This document shows, piece by piece, positions 18,879-26,317 of a stretch of DNA of 64,000 nucleotides (within the stretch, counting starts at the first letter, position 1; each line of letters begins with the position of its first letter). Origin of the DNA: Verrucomicrobiia bacterium (GTDB lineage Bacteria > Verrucomicrobiota > Verrucomicrobiia > Limisphaerales > UBA1319); NCBI GenBank assembly GCA_963664225.1, contig OY760937.1, positions 4,864,001 to 4,928,000 on the forward strand. The letters run 5' to 3'. Below the pieces are notes generated by a model, which did no database searches, was not told the DNA's origin, and was given only the letters and a program-made list of their open reading frames with translations. The position numbers and the translations under genes are program-made.

Positions 18879-19717
18879 AAGTCGATCATCCCATCCGCCT
18901 GCTCTGTGAGGCCTTTGATGTGTCTTTTAGCGGCTACTATGATTGGTGCCGACGGCAAATCCAGCCTTCGTTGCGTGCCCGTCAGGACGCCGTATTGAAA
19001 GGGACCATCACAACGATTTTCAATGGCAGCCGCAAAACCTATGGCAGCCCGCGCATCCAGATCGCCTTGAAGCACCAGGGGCACTGCCATGGTCGCAACC
19101 ACATCGCCCGTTTAATGCGCCAGGAAGGCCTGCAGGCGCGTTCTAAAAAGCGTTTCAAGGTCCGAACCACCGACAGCAATCATGATCAGCCCATTGCCCC
19201 CAACCGGCTGGCTCAAGCCGCGCCACCGGACCAACGCAATCAGACTTGGGTCGGGGACATCACCTACATTGCCACCGATGAAGGCTGGCTCTATCTCGCT
19301 GGCATTGAAGACCTTTACAGCCGCCGCATCGTGGGTTGGGGCATGAGCGAGCACATTGACACCGAACTGGTCCTGTCGGCCTGGAACATGGCCTGCATTC
19401 AGCGGCAACCCGAACCCGGATTGCTCTTTCATTCAGACCGGGGAGTCCAGTATGCCAGTCAGGATTATCGCCGGGCGATGGAAACCTCCGGTGCCCTGGC
19501 GAGCATGAGCCGCAGTGGCAACTGCTATGACAACGCGGCCATGGAATCCTTTTGGAGCACCCTTAAACAAGAACTGGTTTATCGCCGGGTCTTTGCGACC
19601 CGAGCCCAGGCCCGACAGGCCATCTTTGATTACATCGAGACCTTCTATAATCGACAGCGTTTACACAGCACACTCAATTACATGTCTCCTGTTGACTTTG
19701 AAAATATATCCAAATAA
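18875..19717 (+). CDS. IS3-family transposase OrfB (DDE integrase core)
   Basis: TYGSPRI, WVGDITY, FHSDRGVQY, CYDNAAMESFWSTLK, FYNRQRLHSTL; ATGA overlap with orfA. Confidence 0.95.
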   Translation: MKVDHPIRLLCEAFDVSFSGYYDWCRRQIQPSLRARQDAVLKGTITTIFNGSRKTYGSPRIQIALKHQGHCHGRNHIARLMRQEGLQARSKKRFKVRTTDSNHDQPIAPNRLAQAAPPDQRNQTWVGDITYIATDEGWLYLAGIEDLYSRRIVGWGMSEHIDTELVLSAWNMACIQRQPEPGLLFHSDRGVQYASQDYRRAMETSGALASMSRSGNCYDNAAMESFWSTLKQELVYRRVFATRAQARQAIFDYIETFYNRQRLHSTLNYMSPVDFENISK

Positions 19718-19801
19718 CCTATATGTGTCTTCTGTGTCCGATTTATCGAAGCAAGCCCAACACAGGTAAAAACACCGAAAGACATGGATGGGGGAAAGGG
19801 G

Positions 19802-19906
19802 ATTTGATTCAACGCCTACAGCGTTGGGATCTCTGGGGGACGGCGACCCCGGGTAGTCCCCGGCGGACAACCCGGGGCTGAGTGATTTCAACCCGTTCCG
19901 GGTTGA
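19802..19906. repeat. Tripartite palindromic REP/REPIN-like element, family E (other copies 31590-31697, 31754-31856)
   Basis: CAACGC-ctaca-GCGTTG; CCCCGGGT...ACCCGGGG; CAACCC-gttcc-GGGTTG. Confidence 0.8.
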
Positions 19907-20286
19907 GGACACGGACGGATGGAAGATATCAAAGCCACGGGTGATGGACGCGGCGGGTGTGGATGGAACCCACGATCGGCGTGGACGAATGTTCAGAGGA
20001 ACCTGAATTCAAAGATAATAATCTCCCTCACCCCGCTCCCTCTTCCTCTGCCGAGGGCGAGGGAGTACTTTTTCGCGTTTTCTGGTCAATTGGATGATTT
20101 GGAAAGTGCCGCCGCGTGGGGTTGGTTGAGGGAAGAATGGATAATTGGGTCCCCGGGCTTTCAGCCCTTGATGTGATTGTGGCGGATTACCTGGGCCGGT
20201 GGCCCAGGGGATTGAGATTGGAACGGTGTTGTTAACGGGCGGGGTGATTGAGCAGCAGATGAGGAAAAGCGCGAAGGGCGGATGAT

Positions 20287-20311
20287 GGCTCGGCAGGAGC
20301 CTCGCCCTACC
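20287..20311. repeat. 25-bp REP-like element G (also 33750-33774 and inverted at 48621-48645)
   Basis: GGCTCGGCAGGAGCCTCGCCCTACC identical at 33750; one mismatch at 48621 (reverse complement). Confidence 0.85.
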
Positions 20312-20452
20312 GGGGGTGGCGTTTGCTATAAACAGGCCACCCCACCGGGGCTGGGAATTGGGTTGGGAGGGTGGCGTTTGCTATAAACATGCCTCCTGGG
20401 AATTGGGTAGGGAGGGAGGCATTCTAAAAAGCGATGACTTGTATGGATGGGA

Positions 20453-20705
20453 CGCCCTTACAGGGCTCTTTTTGTTGGCATGGTTGTTACCTGGGCCTCC
20501 GCTCGAAGACTCGCTCCAGCCCAGGCTATCACATTGCGGCCCTACGGGCCTGTGGCTTGGCGTGGTGGTTAAGCCACGGACGTTATGTCACGAACCGATG
20601 ATTGGTTTGTGATTATAATGCGATTCAAAATGGTTTTGACATTGTAAATATGCCGCACCGTTGGGGCGAAGAAACGCAGATAAGGACAAGGAGGAAAAGG
20701 GCAGA
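20453..20705. repeat. ~250-bp direct repeat, left copy (family H palindrome plus AT-rich tail)
   Basis: 47-nt identical core ACCTGGGCCTCCGCTCGAAGACTCGCTCCAGCCCAGGCTATCACATT (20489-20535 = 21774-21820) plus GATTCAAAATGGTTT and TAAGGACAAG blocks. Confidence 0.85.
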
Positions 20706-21004
20706 TGACCACCCGGGCAGGGTTGGGGCGTTCCATGAGCGCCAATGCGACGCTGCCCCGTTGGATGAAAGCGACCGCTGCGCTGGGCGAAATCGTCGAG
20801 GAAGAGTGTCAAGTGATGGTGTGATCCATTTTTCAGGCCTCTGGAGAGGGGACTGCGACCAGCGGCTCAACAACTGATGGAAAATTTCTTTTTCATGGTT
20901 GTCCAGCCTGCGGGAGGGGGTTAAGTTGCCCGAGCCAAAGGCAAATAAGAAAATGCAGGCAGATATCACCTCACCCTATTTCAGAGTATCAATAAAGGAA
21001 TAAT

Positions 21005-21586
21005 ATGAATCCCAAGGTTGATCTATTTTTAAGTAATGCCCAAGAGTGGCGGGAAGAAATGAAGGAAATGAGGAGGATCATTCTTGCCTGCGGGCTGACT
21101 GAGGAATTGAAGTGGGGCAAACCTTGTTACGCGTTTCAGAATACCAACATAGTTATCCTGCAAGGATTTAAGAACTACTGTGCGCTCATGTTTTGCAAAG
21201 GCGCCTTGTTAAAAGATCCCAATGGTATTCTAATCAAACCCGGGGAGAATACGCAGGCTGCGCGGCAGATACGGTACTCCAATGTTCGAGAAATAGTTCA
21301 GATGGAACCAATTTTGAAAACCTATATCCATGAAGCCATTGAAGCGGAAAAAGCTGGTTTGAAAGTGAATTATAAAAAGACCTCGGAATTCACAATTCCT
21401 GACGAAGTTCAGAATAAATTGGATGAAAACGCTGCCTTTAAAAAGGCCTTTTATGCATTAACGCCGGGACGGCAAAGAGCATACATTCTTTATTTCTCCG
21501 CACCCAAGCAATCCAAAACCCGGGAGTCGAGGGTTGCAAAATGTATGCAGCAAATTCTTAATGGAAAGGGTTTAAACGATCGGTAG
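21005..21586 (+). CDS. YdeI/OmpD-associated family protein (DUF1801 domain)
   Basis: LTEELKWGKPCY, GALLKDPNGIL, FYALTPGRQRAYILYFSAPKQSKTRESR; AAAGGAA RBS; AT-rich. Confidence 0.9.
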   Translation: MNPKVDLFLSNAQEWREEMKEMRRIILACGLTEELKWGKPCYAFQNTNIVILQGFKNYCALMFCKGALLKDPNGILIKPGENTQAARQIRYSNVREIVQMEPILKTYIHEAIEAEKAGLKVNYKKTSEFTIPDEVQNKLDENAAFKKAFYALTPGRQRAYILYFSAPKQSKTRESRVAKCMQQILNGKGLNDR

Positions 21587-21735
21587 GCTTCAGCATCGTT
21601 CCCTCACCCAGCGTCGTTCAAACCCGGTAACAATATTTTAGGAATCTCCATGCCGGTATTTTCTGCCTGCATTATCGCTTTTCGATACTACCCAATGTGA
21701 CGGGACTGAAAGCCGTTTCTTGAGCTGAGTTGTTT

Positions 21736-21978
21736 CGCCCTTAACAGGGCTCATAAATCACGAGTGGCCTGTGACCTGGGCCTCCGCTCGAAGACTCGCT
21801 CCAGCCCAGGCTATCACATTACAGCCCTACGGGCCTGAGGCTCGGCGTTTTTGTCATGACAGGAACCGCGATGGTTGGAGTGTGATTACATTGTGATTCA
21901 AAATGGTTTGGAAATTGTAAACATGGCACACTTCCGGCGCTGAGCAATGCAGGTAAGGACAAGAAGGAAATGGCAGGG
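21736..21978. repeat. ~250-bp direct repeat, right copy
   Basis: Colinear similarity with 20453-20705. Confidence 0.85.
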
Positions 21979-22092
21979 TTAACCACGAAATACGCTAAAC
22001 ACGCGAATATGGGGGAGATGTCTCACGGGAAGGCGCGAAGAGGAAGGACGGAATATGAGGATTAATCGCAATTTGCTGCATTGAACTTTCTG

Positions 22093-22468
22093 CGACCCCT
22101 GCCGGGGTCGGGGTTCGATTGGATGGGGGTTCCGGGGGTGTCGGTCGCGGACGACCTCGACCGCCCGGCTAATCGCTTGCATCCCTCCGGGATGGCGATG
22201 ATGAACATGGCGCGCCGGTGGGGCTCGGAATGGGTCGTGGGGTGTCGTTTGCTATAAACATGCCGCCCCGCTGGGGCTGGGAATTGGCCGTGGGGGGGTG
22301 TTGCTTGCTATAAACATGCCGCCCCGCTGGGGCTGGGAATGGGCGTGGGGTGTCGTTTGCTATAAACATGTCGCCCCGCTGGGGCTGGGAATTGGGTGTG
22401 GGGGATGCCGTTAGCTATAAACATGTCGCGCCTCCGGCGCTGGGAATGGGCGTGATGGAACATGGATG
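22093..22468. repeat. Family C palindrome followed by tandem array of 52-56-bp GCTATAAACATG hairpin units
   Basis: GCTATAAACATG(C/T)CGCCCCGCTGGGGCTGGGAAT-type units at 22251, 22307, 22359, 22414 plus a degenerate unit near 22197. Confidence 0.9.
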
Positions 22469-22609
22469 GGCAGGTTTATTAATCACGGATCAGACGGATT
22501 ACACGGATGGGGGAAAGAGCAGAACGGAGAATGACTTAACCACGAAATAAGCTAAACGCGCGAAAAGGGAGAAGAAAAGACTTAACCGCAGAGCAAGTCA
22601 ATGGAATGA

Positions 22610-22639
22610 GGGTGGCGCGCAGAGGGGGGCGCGCCACCC
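22610..22639 (-). terminator. GC-rich hairpin downstream of GH127 gene
   Basis: GGGTGGCGCGC-loop-GCGCGCCACCC; no clear U-tract. Confidence 0.5.
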
Positions 22640-22647
22640 AATAAGGA

Positions 22648-25077
22648 TTATTCTTCGACTTCGCCGAGGACGCGCCATTCCTGGATGCCGGACGCCCAGT
22701 TGGGTTGGAGTGTGGCTTCGAGGCGCAGGGCGGTGGTGGTGACGGGCTTGAAACCGGTCTGGCACCATTGGTCGAGTTTGACGTCATACTTGGACGTTGG
22801 CTCGACGGGTTTCCAATCCTGGCCGTCGCGGTAGAGGATGCGCCATGATGCGGGTATTTTGCATTCGCCGCGACCGGTGTCGTCGAACCAGTACACTTTG
22901 GTTCCGTTGAGGGTGACGGGTTTTTTCCAGGTATATTGGACCCATTCCGTGGTGCCTTTGTGCGGCCACCAATGGCAGTTGGCCTGCGGTTGGTCGGAGG
23001 ATTTTTTGGGCTCGATGCCATCGCACACGCCCTCGGGCTGGCAATTGGAGTTTTTGAAGGAGATGGAGACGACGGCCTGTCGTTCCATGGTGGACGTCAA
23101 CGCCGGGGGCGTGGTCACCGGAAGCCAGACCTTCATGGGGCAGGCGGTGCGGTTATCCCAGGCGTAGTAGGGGATGGCGGTGATGGGGGTTTGTTTGGGC
23201 GCGCGCATCGGTTTGTAGAGCGTGTTGCGCCAATCCGTGTCCGGCCGTGACTGGGCCATTCCGGTGAGCACCACGATACCACCAAGGAGGCCGGGACGTT
23301 TTTCGGGTTTGAGTTCCGCGGTGCCGGGCAGGGCGAGGGAATCGAGCTTTTCCTGCTGGTCGCATTCTTCAACGCAATAAACGAGGGGGCCGCGCTGGAT
23401 GGCGAGGAGTCCGGTGTCTTCGCGGACGGCCGGGTTGGCCTGAACGCGGCGGACCGGCATGGACAGGTCCAAAACCACAGAGTCGCCTTTGCGCCATTCG
23501 CGGTCGATGACGAGGTAGCCTTTTTGGACGGTTGGATTCTTGATTTGTTTGCCGTCCACGGTTGCTTTGAACTCGTCGCACCAATTCGGGATGCGGAGTT
23601 TCAAGGCGAATTTCGATGCGGCATCGATGCCTGGCGTGAGGGTGATTTTGCCATCCCACGGGTAATCGGTTTTGACGGCGAGATTGATTTTGTGGCCGCT
23701 GACCTCCGTTGTGACCGAACCCTGGATGTAGAGGTTGACCCACAGGGCATTGGGCGAGGTGGCGTAGGCATAACCGCCCAGGGAGGATAGAGTGCGCGCG
23801 ACGTTGGGCGGGCAGCAGGCGCAACCGAACCAGTCGGAGCGATGGTGATTGCCGGTGCTGGAGAGGGGATTGACGTAGAAGAATTTGGTGCCGTCGAGCG
23901 AGACGCCATCCAGGACGCCGTTGTAAAGGGAGCGCTCGACAAGGTCCGCATAGCGGGCCTCACCGTAGAGCAGGGCCAGTCGATGGTTCCACAGGGCCAT
24001 GGCGACGGAGGCGCAGGTTTCCTGATAGGCCGTCATGTTGGGCAGATCGTAATCCTCGGTGAATCCCTCATTGGAAGCGGAAGGCCCGATGCCGCCGGTC
24101 AGATACATGTTTTTCTCGGCGGTATTGCGCCAGACGCGATGGACCATTTGGAGGAGGCGGGCATCACCCGTTTCAGCGGCGACGTCCACGGTGCCGGAAA
24201 GGAGGTAAGCGGCGCGGACGGCGTGGCCCTTGATGGTTTTGTGGTCGTAGATGGGAACGTCATCCTGCCAGTAGGTGCCGTCATATTGATCGAGGGGCGT
24301 CTTATGCTCCTCGGCAAAGAAATGGCGTCCACGGTTTTCAATGAAAAAGCGGGCGAGATCGAAGTAACGTTTTTCGCCGGTCACACGCCGGAGTTTGACC
24401 AAGGCGAGTTCGATTTCGGGATGTCCCGGATAACCCATGCGTTTGCCGGGGGCGTTTCCAAAGACGGAATCGATGTAATCGGCGTATTTGGTGGCGACGG
24501 TGAGAAGAGAGCGCTTGCCCGTGGCCTGGTAGTGAGCGACCGCGGCTTCAAACAAATGACCGGCGCAATAGAGTTCATGCCAGTCGCGGAGGTTTTTCCA
24601 GCGCTGATCGGGGGCGACGACCAGGAAATGGGTGTTCAGATAACCATCGGGCTGCTGGGCGGCGGCGATTTTCTCGATGATGCCATCCAGACGTTTGTCG
24701 AGCGCGGGATCGGGATCGGTCGCGAGCGAGTAGGAGGCGGCTTCCATGCCTTTATAAAGGTCGGAATCCATGAAGACGGGGCCGGAATAGCCGGTGTGCT
24801 CGTGGGCGGCGGCGAGCTCGAAATTCTTGATGTTGCCGGCCTTGACCAGCATGTCGAGGTTATGGGGAATGGAGACCAGGCGATTGGTTTCGCGGCGCGG
24901 TGTCCAGAAGGAGTCCTTGATCTGGACCTGATTGAAGGGAACGGCCTTGAGATGGGGGAGATCAGCTCCGGTTTGGGCGGTGGCGGTTTGGGACGCCACG
25001 GTTGCCAGAAGGAGCAGGGCCAGGCTGGTGTGGAGGCTTTTTCGGGTGCGCCCGGCAAGTTGGGTCAATCGAGACAT
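22648..25077 (-). CDS. Glycoside hydrolase family 127 (beta-L-arabinofuranosidase-like), secreted, with extra C-terminal domain
   Basis: HELYCAGH, GHPEIELAL, GHAVRAAYL, NEGF, YQETCAS, CACCPPN and AIPYYAWDNR motifs; signal peptide. Confidence 0.92.
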   Translation of the reverse strand: MSRLTQLAGRTRKSLHTSLALLLLATVASQTATAQTGADLPHLKAVPFNQVQIKDSFWTPRRETNRLVSIPHNLDMLVKAGNIKNFELAAAHEHTGYSGPVFMDSDLYKGMEAASYSLATDPDPALDKRLDGIIEKIAAAQQPDGYLNTHFLVVAPDQRWKNLRDWHELYCAGHLFEAAVAHYQATGKRSLLTVATKYADYIDSVFGNAPGKRMGYPGHPEIELALVKLRRVTGEKRYFDLARFFIENRGRHFFAEEHKTPLDQYDGTYWQDDVPIYDHKTIKGHAVRAAYLLSGTVDVAAETGDARLLQMVHRVWRNTAEKNMYLTGGIGPSASNEGFTEDYDLPNMTAYQETCASVAMALWNHRLALLYGEARYADLVERSLYNGVLDGVSLDGTKFFYVNPLSSTGNHHRSDWFGCACCPPNVARTLSSLGGYAYATSPNALWVNLYIQGSVTTEVSGHKINLAVKTDYPWDGKITLTPGIDAASKFALKLRIPNWCDEFKATVDGKQIKNPTVQKGYLVIDREWRKGDSVVLDLSMPVRRVQANPAVREDTGLLAIQRGPLVYCVEECDQQEKLDSLALPGTAELKPEKRPGLLGGIVVLTGMAQSRPDTDWRNTLYKPMRAPKQTPITAIPYYAWDNRTACPMKVWLPVTTPPALTSTMERQAVVSISFKNSNCQPEGVCDGIEPKKSSDQPQANCHWWPHKGTTEWVQYTWKKPVTLNGTKVYWFDDTGRGECKIPASWRILYRDGQDWKPVEPTSKYDVKLDQWCQTGFKPVTTTALRLEATLQPNWASGIQEWRVLGEVEE

Positions 25078-25462
25078 AAGTCAATGGTTGTGGTTAAAGA
25101 GTGCGCATTGTGATGGGGACGAGAATGCGCCGGGGGAGGGTGGTTGAAAAGGAAAAAGGGGCGACAGGAGAAAGGGGCCACAGATTAACACAGACCAACA
25201 CAGATAAGAAACGGCGAAAAACATGACAGGATGACAGGATGGCAGGATGGGGAGGGGGATTATCCGCAGATGACGGGTGAACGCAGAACGGATGGAAGGG
25301 GTGTGGGAAAAAGGGTGGCGAATATTTCGCTTCAGCTTGAGTGAAAAATTGTGTTCAATCGGTTGACTGAAAGAACGAAGCGCATCCGTTGACGACGACT
25401 GCATTCGATCTGGCGGGTTACCGTGTGTGGAAGTGGTTTAGCAGCATAGACGATTATTATAT

Positions 25463-26191
25463 ATGTCAGGACATAGCAAATGGTCGAAGGTTAAGACGTT
25501 CAAGGGCGCCATTGACGCCAAACGCGGCCGGATATTTTCAAAGCTGGCGCGCGAAATTACCATTGCCACCAAGATCTCGGGCGGTGACCCGGATCTGAAT
25601 CCGCGTCTGCGCATGGCACTGCTCAGGAGCCGTATGGCGAACATGCCATCCGATAACATCGACAGGGCGATCAAAAAGGGAACCGGCGGGGGTGAGGCGG
25701 TGAATTACGCCGACCTGACGTATGAGGTCTTTGGTCCGCACGGCGTGGCGATTCTGGTGGAGTTGAGCACGGATAACCGCAACCGCACGGCGTCTGAGAT
25801 TCGAAGCATTCTGACCAAGAGCAATGGCTCGATTGCGACCACGGGCGCGGTGTCGCGCCTGTTCCAGCGGAAGGGCCAGATGATCATCGCGCGGGAGTCG
25901 GCGCAGGAGGATGCGTTGATGGAACTGGCTCTGGAGGCGGGCGCAGAGGATTTCAAGGCGGAGCCGGAAGGATTTGAGATTTTGACGGATCCGGCGACCT
26001 TCGAGGCTGTCCATAAGCAAATCGAAGCCAAGGGGATCAAATGCGATGTGGCGCAAGTGACCTTTCTTCCGACGCTGACCGTGCCATTGGATGCGACAGC
26101 CGCTGTCGCCGTGAACCGATTGATCGAGGCCCTGGAAGAGCACGACGATGTGAAGGAAGTCTATACCAACGGCGATTTCCCGGATGAATAA
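25463..26191 (+). CDS. yebC: YebC/PmpR family protein
   Basis: MSGHSKWSKVK, NPRLR, TDNRNRT, LEEHDDVKEVYTN. Confidence 0.95.
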   Translation: MSGHSKWSKVKTFKGAIDAKRGRIFSKLAREITIATKISGGDPDLNPRLRMALLRSRMANMPSDNIDRAIKKGTGGGEAVNYADLTYEVFGPHGVAILVELSTDNRNRTASEIRSILTKSNGSIATTGAVSRLFQRKGQMIIARESAQEDALMELALEAGAEDFKAEPEGFEILTDPATFEAVHKQIEAKGIKCDVAQVTFLPTLTVPLDATAAVAVNRLIEALEEHDDVKEVYTNGDFPDE

Positions 26192-26317
26192 TCCAGGCAC
26201 CGAATCAGGGATGAACAAACAGCAGAGGCGGCGCGGAATGGTTTGTGCGATGTTAGGCGAATGGGTCATCGCCGGCCGTGCGACTGGAATCGCAAGCGCT
26301 GGCGACTGACGTATTGG

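Larger units (their letters stand above)
18480..19759 (+). mobile_element. Complete IS3-family insertion sequence
   Basis: IRL TGAGGTTGCTTCGATTTGACGGACACAG (18480-18507), IRR CTGTGTCCGATTTATCGAAGCAAGCCCA (19732-19759), 22/28 match, TG...CA ends; 4-bp target duplication ACAC (18476-18479, 19760-19763). Confidence 0.95.

Noticed and set aside
22197..22468. CRISPR array
   Set aside because: Linkers are short (~20 nt) and resemble each other rather than being unique spacers; units recur elsewhere as dispersed repeats; no cas genes or leader
23842..25113. 423-aa ORF antisense to GH127 (and similar long antisense ORFs at 25538-26782, 39341-40618, 45353-46624, 54775-55875)
   Set aside because: Shadow frames of GC-rich genes with clear motifs on the opposite strand; no recognisable motifs of their own
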